DNA of 64,000 bases, from positions 5,403 through 69,402 of the forward strand of contig DATICZ010000103.1 of NCBI GenBank assembly GCA_035456525.1, written 5' to 3'. This document shows positions 52,392 through 61,384 of the stretch, one piece after another. How positions within the stretch are numbered: position 1 is the stretch's first letter; the number at the start of each line of letters is the position of its first letter. The DNA comes from Gemmatimonadales bacterium (GTDB taxonomy: Bacteria; Gemmatimonadota; Gemmatimonadetes; Gemmatimonadales; GWC2-71-9). The notes under the pieces were generated by a model. That model searched no databases. It was not told the origin of the DNA and saw nothing but the letters and a program-made list of their open reading frames with translations. The position numbers were made by a program, and so were the translations under genes.

Positions 52392-55046
52392 TTATTCGGT
52401 CCTGAGCACTCCCGCCGGATCAGCCCGGCTGGCCCGCAGCGCCGGGAGCCAGGAGGCGATCAACGCGGTGAGCGCCAACAAGACGGAAACGGTGACGAAA
52501 GTCGTCGGGTCACGTGGTGGCACCTCATAGAGGAGAGTGCGGATCGCCCGCGCACCGGCCAGCGCCCCCGACAAACCCAGCGCGAGCCCCACGCCGACCA
52601 CCTGGAGGCCGTGCCGGACGACGAGCCACTGTACCTGTGGAGCGCGCGCGCCGAGCGCCAGCCGAATGCCCATCTCGCGGGTGCGCCGGCGGCCCAGCTG
52701 CGTCATCACGCCGTAGACACCCACCAGGGCGAGCAGCACGCCGGTCACGGCGAAGATCAACAGCAGGCACATGAGGAATCGCCGATCCGCGATGGAGCGT
52801 GCCTGCATGCCTTCCAGCGGCCGCACCAGATCGGGCGCCAGGTCCCGGTCGAGCCCGCTGACGACTCGGCGGACGGCGGGCGCGAGCGCCGCTGCTTCGT
52901 TTTCGGCCCGCACGAACAGCGTCATGTAGCTGTTGGCGTTCTGCGCCGCCGGCTCGTACGCCTCGATCAGCGGCTCGATCGACAGGCCACGTTGCCGCAC
53001 ATCCCCGACGACCCCGACGATGGTGCGCCACACCGACGTCGAATCGGGGATCTTGTCGAAGGTGATCCGCTGTCCGATCGGATCCTCGCCCCGGAAGTAC
53101 CGGCGTGCCAGCGCCTCGTTGATGATCGTCACCGGCACCGAGCCCGACCGGTCGGCGGGCGTGAAGTACCGTCCCGCGCGCAGCGGAATCCGCAGCGTCC
53201 GGAAATAGTCGGGCGTCACGAAATCGTGCCCCACCTCGGTGCCGTAGTCGTTCGCCGGCCGACCCGCGATGTGGAAGTCGCTGGTGTACGCCACGCCGCT
53301 GCCCGCAAAGGGCGCGACGACCGCCTCGGCCGCCCCCACGACGCCAGGGAGGGCGCGCACTCGCTCCTCCAGTGCCTCGTAGAATGCGTGCTGGCTGGCG
53401 GCGCTGTCGTATCCTCGCGAAAGCTCGATGCCGACCGCGAGCACGCCGTGGGCGTCGAGCCCGACCGGAACGCGCTGCAGTCGCCAGAAGCTGCGAACCA
53501 GCAGCCCCGCGCCCACCGTCAGGATCAGCGCCAGTGCGACCTCCCCCGCCACCAGCGTGTCGGCCCACGTCCGCAGACGCCGGCTCGTGCCGGTCCGCTC
53601 TCCCTCCTTCAGTACTTCGGCCGGGACGCGGCGCGCGCTCCACAGGACCGGCGCCGACCCGAAGAGCAATCCGGTGAGCGTCGTGAGGGCGACCATCGCC
53701 GCGAGTACCGACACGTCCATCGGCACATGCGCAACGGGCAGCATGCCGGGTGGCTGCAGTACGGCGAGCGCCCGCGTCCCGTACCACCCCAACGCCACTC
53801 CGGCCAGTCCGCCAAGCGCGGAGAGCACCAGGCTCTCGGTGAGCGCCTGCCGCGCGAGGCGGCCTCGCCCCGCGCCCAGCGCGAGCCGCAGGGCAGCCTC
53901 CCGCTCCCGGCCGAGCGCGTGGGCCAGGAGCAGATTGGCCACGTTCGCGCAGGCGATCAGCAGCAGCAGGCCGACGGCGGCCTGCAGGAAGAGCAGCGCC
54001 AATCGCACGTCGCCCACGAGGAATTCGTGCAGCGGCACGAGATCCGCGCCCATCACCCGGTTGGTGACCGGATACTCGTTCTGCAGCTGACGCACGACCG
54101 TCTGGAATTCCGCGTCGGCCGCCCGCGGGGTCACGCCGGGCTTCAACCGGGCCACCACGCGCAGCCAATGGGCGCGCCGGAAGAAGTCCTGCGACCGGAG
54201 CTGGGGATCCCAGCGCATGGGACGCCACAGGTCGAAGGAATCGGCCGCGAAGGTGAAATCCGCAGGCATGACGCCCACGATCTCGGTGAGCGTGCCGTCG
54301 AGCGAGATGGTGCGGCCGACGGCGCGTTCGTCGCCGCCGAACAGGTCCCGTGCCAGGCGATGGCTGACGACGGCGACGGGAGTTCCCCCGCTCCAAGTCT
54401 CGGCGTCCACAAACACCCGACCGGCCTCCGGACGGACCTGGAGCACGGCGAAGTAGTTGCCCGTCACCGCCCGCTCGCGCACGCGCCGCGGGATGTCCAG
54501 GCCACTCAGAGTGGTGCCTCCCCCGGGAGCGTACGCCGCGACGTCTTCGAAGGCCTGGACCCGCTCCTTCCAGTCGAGGTAGTTGGCCGGGGCGGCGACC
54601 TGCCGGCGCCACCCCTTCTCGGGGTTGTCCTCCGAGAGCATCACGAGGCGTTCCGCATGTGGGAACGGCAATGGGCGCAGGATGACCGCGTTGACGGCGG
54701 AGAAGATTGCGGTGTTGGCGCCGATGCCGAGGGCGAGGGTCAGGATGGCGGCGCCGCTCAAGGCCGGATTGTGTCGCAGCGTCCGCAGGGCGAAGCGCGC
54801 GTCGGCGACGGCATCCTCCAGCCAGCGCACACCGCGTCCGTCGCGATGCGCCTCCTTCACCACTTCCACTCCGCCGAAGCGCACCAGCGCCGCCCGGCGT
54901 GCTTCGTCGGGGGCGAGTCCCCGCGCCCGATTCTTTTCGGCCTCGAGCTCCAGGTGGTGGCGGATCTCATCGTCCAGCTCCTGCTCGGTCGCGGCACGCC
55001 GGAACAGCGCGCGCCACCGCAGCAGCACCCCGCGCACGAATCCCAT
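52392..55046 (-). CDS. ADOP-type duplicated FtsX-domain ABC permease (MacB-like)
   Basis: Starts MGFVRGVLLRWRALFRRAATEQELDDEIRHHLE, the characteristic permease prefix. Two FtsX-like four-TM modules are separated by large periplasmic domains. The first 83 codons of the track ORF are junk. Confidence 0.9.
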   Translation of the reverse strand: MGFVRGVLLRWRALFRRAATEQELDDEIRHHLELEAEKNRARGLAPDEARRAALVRFGGVEVVKEAHRDGRGVRWLEDAVADARFALRTLRHNPALSGAAILTLALGIGANTAIFSAVNAVILRPLPFPHAERLVMLSEDNPEKGWRRQVAAPANYLDWKERVQAFEDVAAYAPGGGTTLSGLDIPRRVRERAVTGNYFAVLQVRPEAGRVFVDAETWSGGTPVAVVSHRLARDLFGGDERAVGRTISLDGTLTEIVGVMPADFTFAADSFDLWRPMRWDPQLRSQDFFRRAHWLRVVARLKPGVTPRAADAEFQTVVRQLQNEYPVTNRVMGADLVPLHEFLVGDVRLALLFLQAAVGLLLLIACANVANLLLAHALGREREAALRLALGAGRGRLARQALTESLVLSALGGLAGVALGWYGTRALAVLQPPGMLPVAHVPMDVSVLAAMVALTTLTGLLFGSAPVLWSARRVPAEVLKEGERTGTSRRLRTWADTLVAGEVALALILTVGAGLLVRSFWRLQRVPVGLDAHGVLAVGIELSRGYDSAASQHAFYEALEERVRALPGVVGAAEAVVAPFAGSGVAYTSDFHIAGRPANDYGTEVGHDFVTPDYFRTLRIPLRAGRYFTPADRSGSVPVTIINEALARRYFRGEDPIGQRITFDKIPDSTSVWRTIVGVVGDVRQRGLSIEPLIEAYEPAAQNANSYMTLFVRAENEAAALAPAVRRVVSGLDRDLAPDLVRPLEGMQARSIADRRFLMCLLLIFAVTGVLLALVGVYGVMTQLGRRRTREMGIRLALGARAPQVQWLVVRHGLQVVGVGLALGLSGALAGARAIRTLLYEVPPRDPTTFVTVSVLLALTALIASWLPALRASRADPAGVLRTE

Positions 55047-55378
55047 CAGGCGCTCTCCAAGATGCAGTCGACCGCGGACACGTAGCGCCGCCAGCCCTCG
55101 GTCTCGGTCCCCAGCGCCCGCCGGCCCTGCGGCGTCAGCCGGTAGTACCGGGCCCGGCGGTTGTGATCGCTGGTGCGCCACTCGCTGTCGATCCAGCCCT
55201 TGAGCTCGAGCCGCTGCAGCGCCGGGTAGAGCGAGCCCTGGTTCACGTCCAGCACGCCACGCGAGATCTGTTCGATGCGCTGGCTGATGCCCCACCCGTG
55301 CATCGGCTCGAGCGTCAGGGTCTTCAGGATCAGGAGATCGAGGGTGCCGCGCAAAACGTCGGTGGACGAGGTGGCCAT
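55046..55378 (-). CDS. PadR family transcriptional regulator
   Basis: 110 aa. LRGTLDLLILKTLTLEPMHGWGISQRIEQISRGVLDVNQGSLYPALQRLELKGWI. The stop overlaps the ADOP start by 1 nt (TGATG). Confidence 0.9.
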   Translation of the reverse strand: MATSSTDVLRGTLDLLILKTLTLEPMHGWGISQRIEQISRGVLDVNQGSLYPALQRLELKGWIDSEWRTSDHNRRARYYRLTPQGRRALGTETEGWRRYVSAVDCILESA

Positions 55379-55492
55379 GGATCGCTTGTGTCGAGTTCCG
55401 ACAAATAGGGCGCCGCTCCTGTCGAAAGTCAAGAGGAGCGACCGCCGGTTGCCGCCCGTGATGCCGGGTGTAGTTTCGCTGCGCACTGGACG

Positions 55493-56257
55493 GTGACGAT
55501 GACCGGATCAGCCGGGCAGCAGATACGGTTCCTGATCGGCGTGGACGACACCGACGACCCCGAGAGCCGCGGCACCGGATTCCACGCCCGGGAGCTCGGG
55601 CGCCGGCTCGAGGCGGCGGGCATCGCCTTGCCTGGGGGCATCACCCGTCACCAGCTGCTCGTCGACCCCCGCATCCGTTACACGTCCCACAACAGCGCCG
55701 CCTGTCTCACCGTACGCGCGCGGCCCGACGCCGAGGCGGCGCTCGCGGTCGCATGCCGCGAGTTCCTGGTCGCCGAGAGCGCCCCCGGCGCGGACGCCGG
55801 GTTGTGCATCATCCCGTTCGATGCGGCGGGTGCCGAGATCCAGGCGTTCGGACAGCGCGCCAAGCGCGCCGTGCTGGAGCGCCGCGACGCCGAGCGGCTC
55901 GCCGGCCGCGTGGTGCTCGAGGGCCTCACAGGAGACGGGGGCGGTGTGATCGGCGCACTCGCCGCCGTCGGCTTGCGCGCGAGCGGCAGCGATGGGCGGT
56001 TTCTCTGGCTCCCGGGCCTGCGGGAAGCCGCGGACCGGCGCTACCGCGTCGCCGACCTCGCGGCGGCAACCGGCATCGAACGGGTGCAGACGGTGAACGG
56101 CACGCCGATCGAGCGCGACGAGGCGCTGGTCGATCTCGGGCCCTGGCCGCGCGCCGTGCTGATCGACGGTCGAGCGGTCCTCCTCGTGGAAAGGGCGGAT
56201 CATGACGAACCGGATTCCTGGCGAGCCGCTCCCAAGGAGCTCGTCAAACGCTATTGA
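55493..56257 (+). CDS. TiaS N-terminal (kinase-like) domain homologue, function unknown
   Basis: 254 aa. Motifs IGVDDTDDPESRGTG, HQLLVDPRIRYTSHNSAACL and GGGVIGALAAVG resemble, from memory, the IGIDDTDS, RLNPN..KTRGNGA and GLIGALAAVG motifs of archaeal tRNA(Ile2) agmatidine synthetase. I saw no OB-fold or zinc-ribbon part. The start could instead be the ATG two codons in. Confidence 0.55.
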   Translation: MTMTGSAGQQIRFLIGVDDTDDPESRGTGFHARELGRRLEAAGIALPGGITRHQLLVDPRIRYTSHNSAACLTVRARPDAEAALAVACREFLVAESAPGADAGLCIIPFDAAGAEIQAFGQRAKRAVLERRDAERLAGRVVLEGLTGDGGGVIGALAAVGLRASGSDGRFLWLPGLREAADRRYRVADLAAATGIERVQTVNGTPIERDEALVDLGPWPRAVLIDGRAVLLVERADHDEPDSWRAAPKELVKRY

Positions 56258-56783
56258 GGCCGGCGCGCGCCTCGACTGGGCGCGCGTGACCCTGCTATTG
56301 CTGACCGGGGGCGCGGCCGCCGCGCTTCACGCGGCGACCCGGGGCCACCTGCACCTGCCCGGACACCAGGGACTGTTCTGGATGGCGCTGCTCGGCGCCG
56401 TGCGCGGCGCCACCGGGTCCGGCTGGAGCGCCTCCATCACGGGGGTGGGCGCCGGCGCCGCTGCGACCCTGCCGCTCCTGAGGTTTCACGAGCCGCTCTC
56501 CGTGACCGCGTACCTCGTGTCCGGCCTGGCGTTCGACGCACTCATGAACATCACCCCGGCCATCCGCTACCAGAGCCTCCGCGCCGGTGCGCTCGCCGCG
56601 ATTGCCTTTGCTACGAAGCCGTTGCTCCAGGGGCTCGCGACGATCGCCCTGGGATGGCGTACGCCCGTCGCCACGCGAGGGCTCTTTTATCCTCTGGCGA
56701 CGCACCTCGTCTTCGGATTCGCGGGCGGTCTCATCGGCACCTGGCTGTGGCTGCGATTCGCAAAAGCGCGGCGCCCTTCGTAA
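56202..56783 (+). CDS. polytopic membrane protein (5-6 TM), unknown function
   Basis: 193-aa ORF overlapping the upstream gene by 56 nt. An alternative GTG start at 56286 gives MTLLLLTGGAAAALHAA. The stop overlaps the receptor start (TAATG). Confidence 0.6.
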   Translation: MTNRIPGEPLPRSSSNAIEAGARLDWARVTLLLLTGGAAAALHAATRGHLHLPGHQGLFWMALLGAVRGATGSGWSASITGVGAGAAATLPLLRFHEPLSVTAYLVSGLAFDALMNITPAIRYQSLRAGALAAIAFATKPLLQGLATIALGWRTPVATRGLFYPLATHLVFGFAGGLIGTWLWLRFAKARRPS

Positions 56784-58825
56784 TGCGCGCCGCGACGTGC
56801 CCGTGGCTGACAGCCGCCGGACTGCTTGGGCTGATGGCTCCCGTGTCTCCCGCTGCCGGGCAACAGGGAGACGTGTACGAGCTGGGCCCCATCGTGGTCA
56901 CGGCTCCCGCCGCGGGCGTCGTGTCAGCCGCCGTCGTGAGCGAGCAAGACATCGCTCGCCGCGGGGCGCGGACGCTGGACGAAGCCCTGGCGCTCCTGCC
57001 GGGAGTCTCGATCCATACCGGCGCCGACGGCACGCCGCGCATCGACGTGCGCGGCTTGCGCCCGCGACAGGTGCGCGTGCTCGTCAATGGCGTTCCGCTG
57101 AACTCCACTTACGACGGCCAATTCGACCCCACGATGATCCCGACCGAGGACATCGCGGCGATCACGCTCACGACCGCGGCGAGCTCCGTGCTGTACGGCG
57201 GCGGGGGCGAGGTGGGTGGCGTCATCAACATCCGCACCCGCCGCGGCGCCGGAGCCCTCCGCATCACGCAGGGGGGCGTGGAGGCGGGCGCCGGGGATGC
57301 CCTCCGGGGGTGGACGGCCGCGGGGGGCGGGAGTCGCACGGTCGACGTGTTCGTCAGCACGAGCAGCAGCCGGCGCGACGGGTTCCCCCTCTCCGGCGGT
57401 TTCTCCGCGACCGGCGCCCAGGCCCCGGGGCTGCGCGAGAACTCGTTTCGCCGGCGTGAGGCGGTGTACGCGAACGCCGGGTACCGGCCATCAGCCGCCT
57501 GGCAGCTGGGCGCCGCGCTGAACCACGTCGTGGGGAGCCAGGGGATCCCGCCCAGCGCGATCAGCGATCCCGCCGATCCCTTTGCCGCCACGCCGCGCTT
57601 CGAGCGGTACCCCTGGCAACGCAGCGACGCGGTGCAGCTCGCCGCCGCCTTCGCTCCCCCCGGCGCCTGGCAGGCGCGCGGCTGGGCGTACGGCACCGAC
57701 GCGGCCGAGGACGACGATCGCTACGATGACGCGACCTACACCTCGATGGACGACTCCACCGTGCGTGGCACGTTCCGGCTCCACTCCACGCTGGACATCG
57801 CCGGGGTGCACCTCGAGCCGCGCCGCTCGCTCGGCGGCGCGGGCACCATCGCGCTGGCCATCGACTGGGAGCGCAACCGGTGGAACCAGACCGGCGTGAT
57901 TCGGGACGTGGCGGTGGGCGGAGGAGGCGGAGGTGGTGGAGGTGGTGGAGGTGGAGGAGGCGCCGCGACGTTCTATCGGGTGCGCAGCGTCGACCAGCAG
58001 CGGCTGATCCGCCTGGGCGGCGCAGGGATCGAGTACACCGGAACCCCCTTCGCGAAGCTGGGGATCACCGCGGGGTACCGGACGCAGTGGCAGTCGCCCT
58101 TCGGGCTCACCACGCAGCGCGCCGACCTCGCCATGCTGGGCGCGCGTTACGACATCGGCGCGCGCACGCGGGTGCGCGCCGCGGCCGCGAGACGCGCCCG
58201 CTTCCCCTCCATCCGCCAGCTGTACGACGCCAGCACAGGCGATTCGACCCTGGCGCCCGAGCGCGCAAACACATTCGAGCTCGGCATCGAGCGGTCGCTG
58301 GGCTCACGAACCTCGGTCGGCGTCACCCTGTTCCAGAACGACGTCCACGACTACATCGAGGTCGACGAGATCACCCGCCGGTCGACGAATTTCCCCCACT
58401 ACCGGTTCCGGGGCGTGGAGGTCGCGGCCGAGACCGCTCCCTGGACGCTACTGCAGCTGCGCCTCGGCTACGGTTACCTCCACGCCAGGGACCTGTCCCC
58501 GGGCGCGGCGACGACGGCGCTCCAATATCGCCCGCGTCACCGCGCCACCCTCGACGCAACGCTGCGGCCCGGCGCGGGGTTCACGGGCAGCGTGTCGATC
58601 CTGTACGCGGGGGGCCAACAGTACTTTTCGAGGACCCTGCCGCTGCTCGGCGCCGCGCTCCCCGATTACGCGGTGGTCGACTCGCGCTGGTCGCGCGATT
58701 TCACGCGCCCCCGCGTGTCCCTCTACCTGGGCGTGCGGAATCTCCTCGACCGCCGCTACGAGACGAGCTACGGGTTCCCGGAGCCGGGGCGGATCTGGTA
58801 CGGCGGCGCGGCGCTCGCCCCTTGA
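56783..58825 (+). CDS. TonB-dependent receptor
   Basis: Starts MRAATCPWLTAAGLLGLMAPVSPAAGQQ. Plug motifs TLDEALALLPGVSI, DVRGLRPRQVRVLVNGVPLN and LYGGGGEVGGVINIRT. C-terminal barrel. Confidence 0.85.
   Translation: MRAATCPWLTAAGLLGLMAPVSPAAGQQGDVYELGPIVVTAPAAGVVSAAVVSEQDIARRGARTLDEALALLPGVSIHTGADGTPRIDVRGLRPRQVRVLVNGVPLNSTYDGQFDPTMIPTEDIAAITLTTAASSVLYGGGGEVGGVINIRTRRGAGALRITQGGVEAGAGDALRGWTAAGGGSRTVDVFVSTSSSRRDGFPLSGGFSATGAQAPGLRENSFRRREAVYANAGYRPSAAWQLGAALNHVVGSQGIPPSAISDPADPFAATPRFERYPWQRSDAVQLAAAFAPPGAWQARGWAYGTDAAEDDDRYDDATYTSMDDSTVRGTFRLHSTLDIAGVHLEPRRSLGGAGTIALAIDWERNRWNQTGVIRDVAVGGGGGGGGGGGGGGGAATFYRVRSVDQQRLIRLGGAGIEYTGTPFAKLGITAGYRTQWQSPFGLTTQRADLAMLGARYDIGARTRVRAAAARRARFPSIRQLYDASTGDSTLAPERANTFELGIERSLGSRTSVGVTLFQNDVHDYIEVDEITRRSTNFPHYRFRGVEVAAETAPWTLLQLRLGYGYLHARDLSPGAATTALQYRPRHRATLDATLRPGAGFTGSVSILYAGGQQYFSRTLPLLGAALPDYAVVDSRWSRDFTRPRVSLYLGVRNLLDRRYETSYGFPEPGRIWYGGAALAP
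57917..57961 (+). repeat. (GGN)15 tract encoding 15 consecutive glycines inside the receptor
   Basis: Read directly: ggc gga gga ggc gga ggt ggt gga ggt ggt gga ggt gga gga ggc. Protein context VAV-G15-AATFYRV. Confidence 0.9.
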
Positions 58826-58838
58826 GCCCGCGCCGGTT

Positions 58839-59039
58839 CTAGCTGGCGGGTCGCTTCGCGAGATCGACGGCCGGGTGATAGATGATCCGGTAGGAGCTGG
58901 TGTCTCCCCGAAGCGGGTTGACCGCCTCCGAGGCGGCCAGCGCGGCCCGCTCCTCGGGAGTCGGCGCGGCGGGCTGTGCGCACGCGACCGCCAGCGCCGT
59001 CCCGGCAAGCAGCAGCACTACCCCAGCACCAGTGCGCAT
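58839..59039 (-). CDS. small lipoprotein (66 aa), hypothetical
   Basis: Internal start MRTGAGVVLLLAGTALAVAC-AQ (lipobox) within track ORF 58839..59102. Confidence 0.5.
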   Translation of the reverse strand: MRTGAGVVLLLAGTALAVACAQPAAPTPEERAALAASEAVNPLRGDTSSYRIIYHPAVDLAKRPAS

Positions 59040-59053
59040 GGACCCTCCTTGAT

Positions 59054-59407
59054 TCATTCCTCGCGGCGCGCGTCGTCGGACGGCGCGCCCTGAGCCAGCC
59101 AATTGCGAAACGATTCCGCGTCATGGGCGAGGCGCCATTCATCGAAGATCGAAAGCGCCATTGCCCGGACGCCGCCTTCCGCCTCGCCGGCCGCCCGGCA
59201 TTCCTCGAGCAGCCATGCCTCGAACGCGTCCGGTTCGGGATCGGCGACGACGGCGCGCTCCAGCAGATCGCGCTTGATGGCCAGCCCGATCGCGTCGGGG
59301 GTCGTGTTGCGCTTGCGGCGCTTGCGGCGTCCCTCGGAGGCTTCGAGGGCCGCGAGCAGCTCCCGGCACACCTCGCTGGGGCGGGACAACCGGATCTCGT
59401 CGGTCAC
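59054..59407 (-). CDS. hypothetical 117-aa protein coupled to fdhE
   Basis: The GTG start overlaps the fdhE stop (GTGA). Sequence MTDEIRLSRPSEVCRELLAALEASEGRRKRRKRNTTPDAIGLAIKRDLLERAVV...FDEWRLAHDAESFRNWLAQG. The rest of track ORF 59054..60133 is a shadow of fdhE. Confidence 0.55.
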   Translation of the reverse strand: MTDEIRLSRPSEVCRELLAALEASEGRRKRRKRNTTPDAIGLAIKRDLLERAVVADPEPDAFEAWLLEECRAAGEAEGGVRAMALSIFDEWRLAHDAESFRNWLAQGAPSDDARREE

Positions 59408-60279
59408 CGCTCCACCACCCGGGCCTCGAGGGAGTACGCGGTCCGCTCGGGACGGTGGTAGCCCCGGTCCAGCGCGGCGACGTCCAACGCCACGGTGGTC
59501 AGATCGTCCAGCAGGACCTCCCACGACCGCAGGGGGCGCACGGTCGATTCCGCCTTGACGTAGCCCTTGCAGCTGTCGCAGACCTCGGCCTTCCGCGTCG
59601 GCTCGCCCTCCCCGGGTGCCAAGTAGCCGAGGTTCTCGTGATTCGTCTCGTCGCAGAACGGACACCGCAACCAGGAGACTTCCCAACCCGTGCCGCACCG
59701 CCCGCAGCGGAGCCACCGCTTGTGCTCGAGCCCGCGGAATTCCGCGAGCGTCGGCCAGGCGCCGCACATGGGGCAGTAGCCTTCCCACCACGTGGACGGC
59801 ACCTCGGACCCGAGTTTCCGGCCGCAGGCCTGCAACAGGGGCAGCGCCGCCATCTGGGCGACGACGCGCAGCGCCGGAGTCGCGGAGGCCGGGGCGCCGG
59901 CGGTCGTGGCGAGCGCGTCCACCCGCGCGTCGTCCTGGCACACGGCCGCCTCCAGCAGTGCCACCGCATCCAGACGGCCCGGGTCGAGACTTTCCAGAGC
60001 CGGAGCATCGAGCTCGAGCAGCCGGCGCACCCAGCGCCGTGCCGCGCGGCCGGCCACGGTCATGCGCGATCGATGCAGCAGCGGCGCCCGCGCGGGCCGG
60101 TCGGCCGGCGTCGCGGGAACCGCCGCCTCCCACACGCCGTCGTTCTCACTCTCCGCGAGGGCCGCCGCGACCAGTCCGAGCCACGTTTCGGATTCCGGGT
60201 GCTTCCGCCGACCTTCGGCGAGTCGCTGGGCGAGCTCCGGATCGGCTACGACCCGGGAGCGGGCATGGGGCCAGAGCAT
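59404..60279 (-). CDS. fdhE: formate dehydrogenase accessory protein FdhE
   Basis: 291 aa with four Cys pairs: CPMCG, CGRCG, CPFCD and CDSCKGY. The spacing and genomic context are typical of FdhE. Confidence 0.9.
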   Translation of the reverse strand: MLWPHARSRVVADPELAQRLAEGRRKHPESETWLGLVAAALAESENDGVWEAAVPATPADRPARAPLLHRSRMTVAGRAARRWVRRLLELDAPALESLDPGRLDAVALLEAAVCQDDARVDALATTAGAPASATPALRVVAQMAALPLLQACGRKLGSEVPSTWWEGYCPMCGAWPTLAEFRGLEHKRWLRCGRCGTGWEVSWLRCPFCDETNHENLGYLAPGEGEPTRKAEVCDSCKGYVKAESTVRPLRSWEVLLDDLTTVALDVAALDRGYHRPERTAYSLEARVVER

Positions 60280-60473
60280 TTCACCTTGGGCGTTCGGCAG
60301 GGCGTCCGGTTGTAGATCTTGGCCCCCGCGTGAATTCGCACCACCGCACCGTGGTTACCCGGATCGCCGCCCGGACCCCCGCCCCGTTGCCGCGCCGCCT
60401 CCGGGCTCGTGCATGCCGCAATCCCGGCCGCGAGGGCGAGCCACACGATCCGTCGGACAGGGTGCCTCGTCAT
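60246..60473 (-). CDS. possible 75-aa lipoprotein coupled to the NrfD-type subunit
   Basis: This is the C-terminal part of junk track ORF 60246..61475: MTRHPVRRIVWLALAAGIAAC-TSPEAARQRGGGPGG... The ATG overlaps the nrfD-like stop (ATGA). GC3 is high. The tail overlaps the fdhE start by 34 nt. Confidence 0.4.
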   Translation of the reverse strand: MTRHPVRRIVWLALAAGIAACTSPEAARQRGGGPGGDPGNHGAVVRIHAGAKIYNRTPCRTPKVKCSGPMPAPGS

Positions 60474-61384
60474 CGCATCGCCCCCTCCGCTACGCGGTGG
60501 AACTCGATCCCGCTCGAGGCGAGGATCGTGACCGCGCGCAGCAGGAATCCCCCGACCAGAACGAGCAGCGCCGCGTTGACGGCGCCCGCTGGTTTCGCGT
60601 GCAGCCGCAGCGGCCAAAGAATCCCCACGCCGACCACACCGAGCAGGAGCAACACCCCCCAGACGCTCAGCCAGACTCTCGCCACCGAGCCCAACGACAC
60701 CATGAACGCGATCAGGATCACGAGCTCGAAGACCAGCGCCCGGCTGTCGAAGGACGCGAGCCACTTGAGGGATCGCTCGCTCGCCCCACGCCCGGGCCCG
60801 AGCAGGGTCAGCAGCGCCGCGCCGGTGGACGCGCCGGACACGAGGAACAGCGCTCCCAGCCAGGGACTGTCGGCCCAGATCGGGCGGTTCGTGACGGCCA
60901 GCAGCACGCCCGTGTACCCGGCCACGAAGAACCCGAACAGGCCCCCGACGCCCGCCACCAGCTTGCCCAGGACCGTCCCGCCGCTCAGGGCCTTCGCGAG
61001 CGCTCCCTGCGACCGCCCCTCCTCGGCACGGGCGCCGAGCATCGACAATGCCGCGCACGCTCCGAAGAGGAGAATCGCCCAGGCCCCGAACGAGATCGGT
61101 GACCAGGATTTGAACATGAGGTGCGGGAAGCGCTCCGACTGGAACAACATGTGCCAGAAGCGCAGCGGCCGTCCGAGATCGAGGGTGAGCAGGAGACCGC
61201 TCACGATGGCGCCCCAGAAGGCCACGGAGTAGCCCGTCCGCACCACGGGCCGGTCTTCCGGCCGGCCGAACCACTCGACCAGCGCGGCGAGGAAGTACGC
61301 GCCGCCGGCCAGGCCCCCGATGAAGAAGTAGGGAATGATGAACCAGGTCCAATGCGGGGAGGCCGTGAAGAAGGTGTCGGACAT
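60470..61384 (-). CDS. NrfD/PsrC-family polytopic membrane anchor subunit
   Basis: 304 aa from MSDTFFTASPHWTWFIIPYFFIGGLAGGAYFLAAL, with about 8 TM segments. The start overlaps the Fe-S subunit stop by 1 nt (TAATG). Confidence 0.85.
   Translation of the reverse strand: MSDTFFTASPHWTWFIIPYFFIGGLAGGAYFLAALVEWFGRPEDRPVVRTGYSVAFWGAIVSGLLLTLDLGRPLRFWHMLFQSERFPHLMFKSWSPISFGAWAILLFGACAALSMLGARAEEGRSQGALAKALSGGTVLGKLVAGVGGLFGFFVAGYTGVLLAVTNRPIWADSPWLGALFLVSGASTGAALLTLLGPGRGASERSLKWLASFDSRALVFELVILIAFMVSLGSVARVWLSVWGVLLLLGVVGVGILWPLRLHAKPAGAVNAALLVLVGGFLLRAVTILASSGIEFHRVAEGAMR

Noticed and set aside
52371-55085. 904-aa plus-strand ORF opposite the ADOP permease
   Set aside because: It is an Arg/Pro/His-rich shadow. 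The minus strand carries the characteristic ADOP N-terminal prefix and two FtsX modules.
55379-55492. Possible cobalamin riboswitch upstream of the TiaS-like / TonB-receptor operon (AGTCAAGAGGAGCGACCGCC resembles a B12 box, GCGCACTGG resembles GCCACTG)
   Set aside because: The region is only about 115 nt and is shared with the padR promoter. The two box-like strings are in the wrong order relative to the riboswitch consensus, and the conserved core (GGTGAAAATCC-type elements) is absent. A 6-bp hairpin GCTCCT...AGGAGC and a weak TGTCG-n5-CGACA inverted repeat are present but not diagnostic.
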